DNA from: an uncultured Actinomycetes bacterium
Lineage (GTDB): Bacteria > Actinomycetota > Thermoleophilia > UBA2241
NCBI GenBank assembly: GCA_963755025.1
Contig: CAVWIH010000013.1
Span: 69,026 to 133,025 of the forward strand
Reading direction: 5' to 3'
Length of the DNA stretch: 64,000 bases
The position numbers were made by a program, and so were the translations under genes. This document shows, piece by piece, positions 1 through 9,205 of this stretch (position 1 is its first letter; each line of letters begins with the position of its first letter). Below the pieces are notes generated by a model. It did no database searches. It was not told the origin of the DNA and was given only the letters and a program-made list of their open reading frames with translations.

Positions 1-1879
1 GGCGCTCGACCCCGCAGCGCTCGACCGCGTGGCGGCCGACCGCGAGACGCTCGTCACGACGACCTGTACGAACACGCAGCGCATCCACCAGGCCGCCATG
101 GAGCCGCACGTCTGTCTCGCCTCCTACGACGGGTCGGAGAACCTCACCATCTGGAGCCCGTCGCAAGGCGTGTTCGGCGTCCGGACGGTGGTCGCCGACC
201 TTCTCGGGCTCAGTTACAACCAGGTCAGAGTGATCAAGGTCCCTACCGGCGGGTCGTTCGGCGCAAAGCAGGAGTTCATTCTCGAGCCCCTCACCGCTTA
301 TATGGCGATGCAGGTCGGCAAGCCCGTCAAGCTCGCGCTCGATCGCAGGCAGTGCATCAGGGCCACCACGAACCGGCCGCCGACGGCGTCGACCGTCCGC
401 ACGACGGTCTCCCCCGACGGAAGGCTGCGCGAGATGGCGATCGAGACGGTCTTCGACGCCGGCGCCTACGCGACGTGCTCGATCGACTACGCCGAAGCGA
501 TGGCTCACAAGGTGCCGCGGCTCTATCGGATACCGCGCTACGTGCACCACGGTCGGGTGGCCTACACGACCACGCCGATCACCGGCGGCGCACGGGGCTG
601 GGGCGCTCCCGAGATCATCACCGCGGTCGAGATCCATCTCGACCTGGTGGCCAGGGAGCTCGGCATGGACCCCGTCGACGTGCGCCTCATGAACCTGGTG
701 CATCCCTACGACATCGACGCAGGCTCGAAGCTGCCGCTGGGCGACGCCCGGGTGCGCGACTGTCTCGAGCAGGGCGCCGAGGCCTTTCGCTTTCGGGCGC
801 GGCGCGCCAGGCCTGCGGGCGACGGGCCGCTGCGCCGCGGCGTAGGCGTAGCCTGCGGTGCCCACAAGAACAGCCAGACGAGCGGCGACTTCATCGACCA
901 CAGCACGATGACCCTCAAGATGAACGAAGACGGCAGCCTCGCCCTGAACGCCAGCCTGCACGAGATCGGCAGCGGCGTTCTTGCCTCGATGAAGGTGATC
1001 GTGGGCGAGGTCCTGCACGTGCCGCCCGACCGCGTGGCGGTGCGCGAAGCCGACACCGACGTCAGCCCCTACGACTTCGGCACCTACGGCAGCCGGGTCA
1101 CGTACGTCTGTGGCGCCTGTGCCCATGCCGTCGCCCAGCTCCTGAAGGAGCAGCTCCTGCAGATGGCCGCCGAGCTGCTCGAGGTGCCCGCCGCGAGCCT
1201 GGTCGCCGACCACGGGCGGGTCTACCCGGCCGCCGATGCATCCCGCGGCCTGACCTACGCCGACATCGCCACGACCATCAAGACGAAGCGTGGGCGCGAC
1301 CTCATCGCCACCTACACCCATTCGGCGGTGACCAACCCGGGCGCCTACTCGGTGCAGTTCGCCGAGGTCGAGGTCGACTGCGAGACCGGTGCCTGCAGCG
1401 TCACCGACTTTCTGGCCGTCGGCGACGTGGGGCAGGCCATCAACAAGGGCGTGGTCGAGGGTCAGTTCCGCGGCGGCGTGCAGATGGGAATCGGCTACGC
1501 CCTGTCCGAGGAGGTCATTCTCGACAGCTCCGGACGGCCCTGTCAGACGGGCTTCGAGGACTACCGTCTGGCCACGATGCTCGACCTGCCCGACATAGGC
1601 GTGCTGCTCGTCGAGCACCAGGCGGATGCCGGGCCGTTTGGCGCGAAGAGCGTCGGCGAGATCGCTGCGGTGCCCGCGGCGGCGGCGGTCGTGAACGCCG
1701 TCAACCACGCCCTCGGCACGTCGCTCACGGACATACCCGTGACCCCCGCGAAGATCCTCGCCGCCCTGGCGGCAAGCGTCCCGCTCCTCGACGAAGCCGC
1801 GGCCTTGGCCGAGCTCGTGCCGGCGTTGGCCGAGCTTGCGCCGGCGTCCGACGGGGAGGCCGACAGTGTGCTTGTCTAG
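1..1879 (+). CDS. Xanthine dehydrogenase-family molybdopterin-binding subunit (5' end outside window)
   Basis: Moco-binding motifs QAAMEPH, GGSFGAK, GARGWGAP, EIGSG, GTYGSR, GQFRGG and C-terminal KSVGE carrying the catalytic Glu; followed by 2Fe-2S and FAD subunits. Confidence 0.93.
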   Translation, partial: ALDPAALDRVAADRETLVTTTCTNTQRIHQAAMEPHVCLASYDGSENLTIWSPSQGVFGVRTVVADLLGLSYNQVRVIKVPTGGSFGAKQEFILEPLTAYMAMQVGKPVKLALDRRQCIRATTNRPPTASTVRTTVSPDGRLREMAIETVFDAGAYATCSIDYAEAMAHKVPRLYRIPRYVHHGRVAYTTTPITGGARGWGAPEIITAVEIHLDLVARELGMDPVDVRLMNLVHPYDIDAGSKLPLGDARVRDCLEQGAEAFRFRARRARPAGDGPLRRGVGVACGAHKNSQTSGDFIDHSTMTLKMNEDGSLALNASLHEIGSGVLASMKVIVGEVLHVPPDRVAVREADTDVSPYDFGTYGSRVTYVCGACAHAVAQLLKEQLLQMAAELLEVPAASLVADHGRVYPAADASRGLTYADIATTIKTKRGRDLIATYTHSAVTNPGAYSVQFAEVEVDCETGACSVTDFLAVGDVGQAINKGVVEGQFRGGVQMGIGYALSEEVILDSSGRPCQTGFEDYRLATMLDLPDIGVLLVEHQADAGPFGAKSVGEIAAVPAAAAVVNAVNHALGTSLTDIPVTPAKILAALAASVPLLDEAAALAELVPALAELAPASDGEADSVLV

Positions 1880-2543
1880 CGAGGCGCTCGAGCGGTCCGA
1901 CGGGGCGCTGGAGCGGTCCGGCGAGGCGTTCGAGCGGTCCGACGGGGCCTATGAGCGGGCCGACGAGGGGCGCAGCGCCGAGCAGCCGCCGTCGTCGACG
2001 ATCGCGCTGCGTGTCAACGGGCAGCGCCACGAGCTCGTCGTCGGCCGCGACTTCTGGCCGGGCGCTTCGCTTGCCGAGGTGCTGCGCGAGTGCCTGGGGC
2101 TCACCGGCGTCAAGATCGCCTGCGATCAGGGGGCGTGCGGCGCCTGCACCGTCATCATGGACAAACGGCCCGTGCTCTCCTGCATGGTGCTGGCCGCGCA
2201 GACCGACGGCGCCGACATCTTGACGGTCGAAGGGCTCGCCGCCGACGACCCGCTGATCGTCGCCTTCGCGACCGAGTCGCAGCCGGGCCACGGCACCGCC
2301 ATCCAGTGCGGCTACTGCACGCCCGGCATGATCCTGGCGGCCAAGGCCCTGCTCCTGCGCGTCGCGCACCCCACAGCCGAGCAGGTCGTCGCGGCGCTCG
2401 CCGGCAACATCTGCCGCTGCGGCTGCTACGAGGGCATCGTCGACGCCGTCGTCAGGGCCGGCCGGGCAGGCGGACCCATGCCCGCCGGCCGTTCGAGCGA
2501 GCCTGTGCCTGCGGGCGAGCCGTCGCGCGGCGCGGCGTCATGA
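1872..2543 (+). CDS. Xdh-family (2Fe-2S)x2 small subunit
   Basis: CDQGACGACTV..C and QCGYCTPG...GNICRCGCY motifs; TTG start at 1872 after GGGGAGG overlaps the upstream stop. Confidence 0.93.
   Translation: MSSEALERSDGALERSGEAFERSDGAYERADEGRSAEQPPSSTIALRVNGQRHELVVGRDFWPGASLAEVLRECLGLTGVKIACDQGACGACTVIMDKRPVLSCMVLAAQTDGADILTVEGLAADDPLIVAFATESQPGHGTAIQCGYCTPGMILAAKALLLRVAHPTAEQVVAALAGNICRCGCYEGIVDAVVRAGRAGGPMPAGRSSEPVPAGEPSRGAAS
1881..1968 (+). repeat. 21-bp tandem repeat (about 4 copies) encoding EALERSD-like units
   Basis: gaggcgctcgagcggtccgac / ggggcgctggagcggtccggc / gaggcgttcgagcggtccgac / ggggcctatgagcgggccgac. Confidence 0.85.
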
Positions 2544-5084
2544 GCGCTATCGATCAGATCAGCTACCGGGCGGCGGCCTCGCTGCGCGAGGCCGAGCAAC
2601 TCCTGCGCAGCGGCTCCGGCGCGCGCCCGCTGGCGGGCGGCACCGACCTGTTCGGCTCCCTCAAGGACGCCATCCACGGCGACGACGCGCCGGTCTTGCT
2701 CGTCGACCTGAAGACCGTGCCCGGGCTCGACGGCGTGACCCTCGAGGAGCGTGAGGTGGTGATCGGCGCCCTCACCCGGCTGGCCGACCTGGCCTCGAGC
2801 GTGCTGGTCGGCGAGCGGCTGCCCATGCTCGCCGGCGCCGCGCGGGCGGTCGCGTCGCCGCAACTGCGCGAGATGGGCACGGTCGGCGGCAACCTCTGTC
2901 AGGAGCCGCGCTGCTGGTACTACCGCTCACCGGTCGACACGTTCCACTGCCATCGCAAGGGCGGCGAGCTCTGCGCCGCCGCGCTCGGCGACGACCGCTA
3001 CCACTCCGTCTTTGGCGGCGTGCGCGTCGCAGACCCGCCCTGCACGCAGGCCTGCCCCAACGACACGAGCATCCCGGCCTACGTCGGCATGCTGCGCGAT
3101 CTCGACATCGAGAGCGCCGCTCGCGCCCTGCTCGCCCAGAACCCCATGCCGTCGATCACCGGCCGCATCTGCCCGCACTTCTGCGAGGCGGGCTGCAGTC
3201 GCGCCGACCTGGACCAGTCGGTCTCGATCCACAGTCTCGAGCGCGAGGTCGGCGACTACATCCTCGAGGAGCCCTCGGTCTTTCTGCACCCGCAGAGCGT
3301 CGGTTCGCGGAGCGCCGATCCGCTGGTCGCCACGCCATCAGGCGTCGGCTCGGAAGGCGCGCTCAGCGGCAGCGCCGATCCGCTGGTCGCCGCGCCGCCG
3401 GTCGTCGACCCCTGGGCCGCGCCGAACGGCGGCACCATCACCATCGTCGGTTCCGGCCCGGCGGGGCTCACGGCCGCGTACTACCTGCGGCGCGCCGGCC
3501 ACGCCGTGACCGTGCTCGAGCGCGAGGCGCGCGCCGGCGGGGCGCTCTCGTTCGGGATCCCGTCCTTCAGGCTGTCCCGCGGCGTCGTCGACCGCGTGAC
3601 CGAGCTCTACGCGGCTCTCGGTGTGCGCTTCCGGTTGGGCGTCGAGGTGGGTCGCGACGTCACGCTCGAAGAGCTTCGCGCCACCTCCGACGCGGTGATC
3701 GTCGCCTCCGGCGCCTGCCTTGCCTCACGGATCGGGATCGAGAACGAGAGCGCGACGGTCGCCGGCCTCGACTACCTGCGCCAGGCGGCCATCGATGAGC
3801 AGTGGCGCGAGTCGGGCGCAGTGGTGGTCGTCGGTGGCGGCAACGTCGCCATCGACAGCGCCATGACGGCGCTGGCGCGCGGCGCCGAGCGGGTCACCAT
3901 GGTCTGCCTCGAGTCGCGCGAGGAGATGCCGGCGTTCGACGCGGAGGTCGGCCGACGCCCTGCAAAGCGGCGTGCGCCTGCAGAACGGCTGGGGACCGCG
4001 ACGCGTCCGGCTCGAGGGCGGTGCGGTCGCCGGCGTCGAGCTCGTGCGCTGCGTCGCGTGTTCGACGCGGACGGCGCGTTCTGTCCCACGATGGACGAGG
4101 CGGCCACGGACTTCGTCGCCGCCGACAAGGTGATCCTCGCCGTCGGGCAGCGGGTGGACAGGGAGTGGTTCAAGGACTTCGTCGCCCCGGAGTGCGGGGC
4201 GGGCGCGACCGGTGCGCCCGAGACCGGCGCCATCGAGCCCGCCCGGGCCGGCGACGTCTTCGTCTGCGGCGACGCGGAGTCGGGGCCGGCGACCGTCGTG
4301 GAGGCGATCGCCTCGGGCCGCCGCGCGGCGGCGAGCGTCCACCGCCTGCTTACCGGCGTGGAGCTCGCCGGGGCGGACGTCGAGGTCGATCCCGCCTACC
4401 AGGGCGGCGGCTGAGACCACCGGCGACTGCGCGGGGTCGGCAGAGGCCACCTGCGACTGCGTCGGGTCGGCCGAGGCCGCAGGCGATCGCGCGAGGTCGG
4501 CTGAGGCTACAGGCGACTGTGCAGGGCCGGGCGCGCTGTGTGGCGGCGAGATCACCGAAGAGGCGAAACGCTGTCTGAACTGCAGCTGCGTGGCTGTGTC
4601 GCCCTCTGACCTGGCGCCGGCGCTCGTGGCCCTCGATGCCAGCGTGGAGACCAGCAAGCGCCGGCTACCCGTCGAGGAGCTGTTCGCCGCCGCCGTGGGC
4701 GCCTCTACGGTGCTCGACGACGACGAGATCGTGCTGGCCGTGCGCGTGCCGCTGCCCGGCGCCGGCGACCGCAACGTCTTTCAGAAGTTCAGGGAGCGCA
4801 AGTGCGTCGACTTCCCGGTCGTCAATCTGGCGGTTCACGTCGGCGTCGTCGACGGCACGGTCACCGACGCACGGCTGTGCGCCGGCGCCGTGGCGCCCGT
4901 GCCGCTCCGCCTGCGAGCGGCGGAGGACGCCCTGGTCGGCGCCCAAGCCGACCTCGCCGCCTGCGACCGGGCGGCGCGGGCGGCCGTCGCCTCGTGCCGC
5001 ACGCTCGCCACGAACGCCTACAAACGCCAGATCCTCGAGGCGATGGTCCGCCGGTCGCTCGAAGAGGCCATGGGTCTGACCTGA
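2540..5084 (+). CDS. Xdh-family FAD subunit with inserted GltD/NfnL-like Fe-S/FAD/NAD(P)H oxidoreductase (frameshifted near 3950, 4055 and 4400)
   Basis: AGGTDL, TVGGNLCQEPRCWYY; then PCTQACP..GRICPHFCEAGCSR, GSGPAG, GGGNVA, GDAESGPATVVEA; then CLNCSCVAVSPSDLAPAL and FQKFRERKCVDFP in ORF 4212..5084; ATGA overlap with upstream gene. Confidence 0.85.
4408..4527 (+). repeat. 30-bp tandem repeat (4 degenerate copies, SAEATGDCAG-like)
   Basis: gcggctgagaccaccggcgactgcgcgggg / tcggcagaggccacctgcgactgcgtcggg / tcggccgaggccgcaggcgatcgcgcgagg / tcggctgaggctacaggcgactgtgcaggg. Confidence 0.8.
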
Positions 5085-5180
5085 GAAGGTGCCCCTCCGG
5101 CCGCCGTCGCTGGCCTTGCGAGGCTCGTCGGCGGTAGGGGGGTCGTCCCCGTCACTGTCGCGACTGCCGAAGGAGCACGA

Positions 5181-5538
5181 ATGACCGAACCCGCAGGGCG
5201 CCTCACCGAAGAACAGCTGCAGCTCATGTTCCGGCACATGCCGGTCGGCCTGAGCGTGGCCGACGAGCACGACGTGGTGCGGTTCTGGGCGGGCGCCGGC
5301 TTTGAGGTCTGCAGCCCGAAGCTCATCGACCGCGACCTGCGGGACTGCCACCCCAAGCGCGCTCACGCTGCCATCGAGGCGCTGCTCGCCGATTCTCAAG
5401 TCCGGGGCGAAAGACGAGGTCGAGACGGTCGAGCACGGCGACCACGGCTCCGAGCGTATCGTCTACACCGCGCTGCGCGACGCCGACGGGACCTACCGCG
5501 GGGTGCTGGAGACGGTCGTGCCGCTGCCCGAGGAGTAG
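5181..5538 (+). CDS. Stand-alone PAS domain protein (PAS_10/DUF438-like), frameshift near 5395
   Basis: LMFRHMPVGLSVADEHDVVRFW...DCHPK joins LKSG..IVYTALRDADGTYRGVLET in ORF 5302..5538; RBS AAGGAG. Confidence 0.8.
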
Positions 5539-5715
5539 ACGCCGGCGGAGCGGAGGCCGGGGGAGTGTGCCCGGCGGTCTCGAGGAGCGGCGTCGGTCCT
5601 GCGCTGGCGGTACGTTCGTACGCGGCGCGACGTATACTCGTCGTGCGAGCCGGGCTGTCTGCGACCCGACTGCTCGGGGCGAAAGTCGTCACGTCTGGAG
5701 GGTGGGCCATGAAGC

Positions 5716-5808
5716 GTCAAGGGCCGCTACCGCTTGCAGGCGACGATCGTCAAGACGGCCACGCACCTGGCCGCGGCGACCACGTGGCGCGGCTTCAGCG
5801 TGAGGTAG
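5716..5808 (+). pseudogene. Orphan C-terminal fragment of a secreted-protein Ig-like domain
   Basis: Reads VKGRYRLQATIVKTATHLAAATTWRGFSVR* with coding-like GC3; in-frame TGA at 5710 and no start. Confidence 0.4.
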
Positions 5809-6047
5809 CCCGCCGGACGACGCCGTTTGCCCTCAAGTCCCGCCGGGCTCGGACGATGGCGCCGGCCAAAGGGTCGCCCGCGGATCGCCGGTCGTAGCAC
5901 GCTTACGCCTCGCCCGGTGGCGTTCCCGGCACGCCTGGGCGCTCACCGCCGTCGTGCACCCGCCCCGTTTCACCGGCCCCGTTTGCCGCGTGCTACCCTG
6001 CCATGAACGTCACCTTCGTCCCTGTCCGTGCGGACGCCGGGAGGGCA

Positions 6048-7415
6048 ATGAAGCGCTGGTTGACAGGGGTCGTCTGCGCCGCCGCGGCGGTCGTCGCGGC
6101 GGTCGTCGCGCCGACAACGGCGGCGGCTGCGGGGCGGCCCCAGGTCCACACCCACCCCCTGGTCGGCTCCTCGGCGCCGCTGCCCGTGCAGCCCCGCCTG
6201 GGCGGCCAGGCCGCCCGCGCGGCGCCGACCTCGTCGCTCAACTGGGCCGGCTACGACGTGACCGGCGGGCCCTTCACGAGCGTCACGGCGACCTGGACCC
6301 AACCGCGCGTGCGGGTGTCCGCGACTGAGAACGACGCCGCGTTCTGGGTCGGACTCGACGGTGACACCTCGAACACCGTCGAGCAGATCGGCACCGAGGG
6401 CTTCAACCAGCTCGATGTCGGCTACGACGCCTGGTACGAGATCTATCCGGCCGGTCCTGTCTCGGTCCCCCTGACGATCCGCCCCGGCGACGTGCTGACC
6501 GGCACGGTGTCCAGTCCCGACGGGGTCACCTTCACGCTCTCGCTCGTCGACCACACGAGCAAGGAGTCGTTTCAGACGGTGCAGACGGTGGATACCGCGG
6601 CGACGCTGTCCTCTGCCGAGGCGATCGCCGAGGCGCCGACCGACGACCACGGCAATGTCGTGCCGCTGGCGAACTTCGGCCTCGTGCCGTTCAGCTCCTA
6701 CGACGTCGACGGCCAGCCGATCGGTGACTTCGCCTGGAACCAGATCGACATGATCGATGCCGGTGGCACGCTCATCGCCCGGACGTCGGCACTGGGCGCC
6801 AACGGCACCGGCTTCACCGTCGTCACCGATCTGACGGCGCCGACCACGAAGGTCGCCGGCGCCGGCTCGGGCTGGCACGACCGGGCGGTGACCCTGCACC
6901 TTACGGCCACCGACAATCCCGGCGGCACCGGAGTGGCCTACACCGAGTCCTCGCTCGACCAGGGCGCCACCTGGACGAAGGGCCGCGCGCTCACCGTGCC
7001 GGCCCTCAGCGATCACACGAACGACGGCGCGCACGCGATCCTCTACCGTTCGGCCGACAAGGCCGGCAACCTCGAGAAGAGCCGCAGCGTCACGGTCCGC
7101 ATAGACACGCGCCGTCCGACCCCGGTGGCCGATCAGGCTGCCGCCGCCGTTCGTGGCGGCCGCGCCACCCTGCCCTTCTCGATCGGCGACCCGCGTCCCG
7201 GCAGCGCCACGGCGACCGTGACGATCCGCATCGTCGACTCGCGCGGCAAGCTCGCGCAGAAGGCGGTGCTCAGAGCCGTCAAGGTCGACAGCCCCAGAAG
7301 CTACAGCTTCATCTGCCGGCTCGCCAAGGGGCGCTACCGCTTCTTCGTCTACGCCACCGACGCGGCCGGTAACACACAAACGCAGGCGGCGGTCAATCAG
7401 CTGGTGGTGCGCTGA
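6048..7415 (+). CDS. Secreted glutamic peptidase family G1 (eqolisin/A4) with C-terminal Ig-like domains
   Basis: Signal peptide; SLNWAGY, FWVGLDG, VEQIGT (catalytic Gln), AWYE, SAEAIAEAP (catalytic Glu). Confidence 0.88.
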   Translation: MKRWLTGVVCAAAAVVAAVVAPTTAAAAGRPQVHTHPLVGSSAPLPVQPRLGGQAARAAPTSSLNWAGYDVTGGPFTSVTATWTQPRVRVSATENDAAFWVGLDGDTSNTVEQIGTEGFNQLDVGYDAWYEIYPAGPVSVPLTIRPGDVLTGTVSSPDGVTFTLSLVDHTSKESFQTVQTVDTAATLSSAEAIAEAPTDDHGNVVPLANFGLVPFSSYDVDGQPIGDFAWNQIDMIDAGGTLIARTSALGANGTGFTVVTDLTAPTTKVAGAGSGWHDRAVTLHLTATDNPGGTGVAYTESSLDQGATWTKGRALTVPALSDHTNDGAHAILYRSADKAGNLEKSRSVTVRIDTRRPTPVADQAAAAVRGGRATLPFSIGDPRPGSATATVTIRIVDSRGKLAQKAVLRAVKVDSPRSYSFICRLAKGRYRFFVYATDAAGNTQTQAAVNQLVVR

Positions 7416-7449
7416 TATGGCGCGCTGACCGTCAAGCAGGCACGCTGAC

Positions 7450-7473
7450 GCCGCCGACCTGCAGGTCGGCGGC
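7450..7473. terminator. Perfect 24-bp palindrome between convergent genes, likely bidirectional terminator
   Basis: gccgccgacctgcaggtcggcggc equals its reverse complement. Confidence 0.6.
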
Positions 7474-7537
7474 CCGGTTGATCGCTGGGCGGCGGCCGAT
7501 CAGGCGGCGGCCGGTCGGCGGGTCGCCCCGAGGGCTT

Positions 7538-8095
7538 TCAGCCGCTGGTCGGAGCGCCCCGAAACGTCGCGTAGTCGGGTCGCGCGAGCCCCATGGCTAA
7601 GCCGAGGGTGTTCCAGAAGCCAGGCGAGCGCGCCAGCCAGCGCGTGGTCCCGAGGCCTCGTACGGTCTGGGCCCCCGTCGCGGCGATGCTGATCGCGGGC
7701 AAGGATCCGTTCGGCGTGGCGAAGGTCAGCCGGTAGGTGATCCCCAGGTCGATCGGCGCGTTGAGCGCGGTCGCCGGCATGGCGGGCAGGGCAAGGAGGG
7801 CGCGCGCCACCGTGCGGACCTCGACCGGGTCGCCGACCGTGACCTTCTCCGGAAAGCTGAAGCCCAGGTGGTTTTGCGGAAACGCGTCGCTGCGCACCAC
7901 GACCAGACGATCGAGGTGGTCCAGCTCCCGTTCCAGGGCGGTCGCCGGCGACGCGCTCGGGGCAGGAGTCCGGCTGCCGCTCGAGGCCGCGCTTCCGCAG
8001 GCGGCCAGGCCGAGCGCGATCGCGAGCAGGGCCGCCGCGAGCAGGGCGACCGCGAACCTCGCGGCGGCGTGCGGCGCCGCGGCGCTGGGGCGCAC
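7538..8095 (-). CDS. Hypothetical lipoprotein
   Basis: Hydrophobic signal with LAAC lipobox, Ser/Pro linker, globular C-terminus. Confidence 0.7.
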   Translation of the reverse strand: MRPSAAAPHAAARFAVALLAAALLAIALGLAACGSAASSGSRTPAPSASPATALERELDHLDRLVVVRSDAFPQNHLGFSFPEKVTVGDPVEVRTVARALLALPAMPATALNAPIDLGITYRLTFATPNGSLPAISIAATGAQTVRGLGTTRWLARSPGFWNTLGLAMGLARPDYATFRGAPTSG

Positions 8096-8146
8096 GTCGC
8101 CTGCGGCGCGGTCGCCTGCGGCGCGGTCGCCTGCGGCGCGGTCGCC
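8095..8146. repeat. 15-bp tandem repeat (about 3.5 copies)
   Basis: gtcgcctgcggcgcg repeated just upstream of the lipoprotein start. Confidence 0.8.
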
Positions 8147-8243
8147 CGTTTGCCGCGGAGTAGCCGGTGGTGAGCGTTCATGCGCCCTCCCTTTCGGTGG
8201 CCGGCGCGGTGTCGCTACCTCCGCGCCAGACTACTTCGGTCGG

Positions 8244-8990
8244 TCACAGGGAGTGACGTTCCACCAAGGCATCGGGTTCGTTCAGGCTCAGGCTCCGGTG
8301 ATCGCTCGACAGGACACCGACGGTCGAGTCGCCTCCGCAGAAGTGCGCGATCATCGCCTGAAGCTCCTCGCAGATGGCCAGAGCGTCGGCCTTTCCGAGC
8401 GGCGGCAGGCAATCGACATTGACGATCAGGGCGGTCGTTGTGGGCAGCAGGATGGTGTGGCGCGCCTGCCGCCAGATCCAGCGGCGCGCCAGCACGACGT
8501 CTCCGTCGGCGAGAATGAACTCCCCCGCTGGGGGCGTCTCTTCATCGTCGGAGCCAAACGGCACGAACGTCTCGCGCCCAGTGGCGGGGCGCAGGTCCAT
8601 GCCGTCGATCAGCACGTCGATCGCGTGGCCGCCGATGGGCACGAGGCGTCTCAGCGAGACCGTGTTGCCGATGTCCACGAGCGCGCCGATGGAGGGCAGC
8701 TGCTGGTCCTTGAGCGCCCTCCTGGCCATGGCGTCCACGGAGGGCCGATAGTCGCTGGGTCTCATGCCGAGCGCCTTGAACGCCTCGCGCCAGGCGGCGA
8801 TGCGAGGGTCGAGGGCCAGCTCGTCGGGCGCGACGCTCTGCCGCACAGAGTCCTCGGCCTGCCGCAACAGCTTCACCAGCTCCGGCGACGACGGGCCGTT
8901 GGCGACGCCGCGAGCGATGACGACGCCGCGCACGTAGTCGGGGAAGGCCTCGAACACCGCGTCGGCTACCGTGTAGCGCTTGTCATTCAT
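8244..8990 (-). CDS. Stand-alone B3/4 domain protein (PheRS-beta editing-domain family)
   Basis: IAAWREAFKALG..YRPSVDAMARR, LVDIGNTVSL, PIGGHAID, ARRWIWRQ; ATG at 8990 after GGGGAG. Confidence 0.88.
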   Translation of the reverse strand: MNDKRYTVADAVFEAFPDYVRGVVIARGVANGPSSPELVKLLRQAEDSVRQSVAPDELALDPRIAAWREAFKALGMRPSDYRPSVDAMARRALKDQQLPSIGALVDIGNTVSLRRLVPIGGHAIDVLIDGMDLRPATGRETFVPFGSDDEETPPAGEFILADGDVVLARRWIWRQARHTILLPTTTALIVNVDCLPPLGKADALAICEELQAMIAHFCGGDSTVGVLSSDHRSLSLNEPDALVERHSL

Positions 8991-9085
8991 CTGGGCTCCC
9001 CCCTGTTCACGATCGTCTCCTGCACGCCATCGTCCTCGGCCGGCCCTGCAGCGGTCGAGCGTTCGCGAGCCGGCGGCGACCGATT

Positions 9086-9114
9086 TGACACACCCCGCCG
9101 AGTCGGTCAGCTTA
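9086..9114 (+). promoter_or_regulatory. Putative sigma70-type promoter of the peptide-binding protein gene
   Basis: TTGACA-N17-CAGCTT. Confidence 0.4.
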
Positions 9115-9205
9115 CCAGGGAGTCTTGCCGATGCGGCGTGCCGGGGTGGGGTGCCCACGACGGCCGCCGCACCGCCGCCAACCAGAGACAAGAGGGGGAG
9201 CCGTC

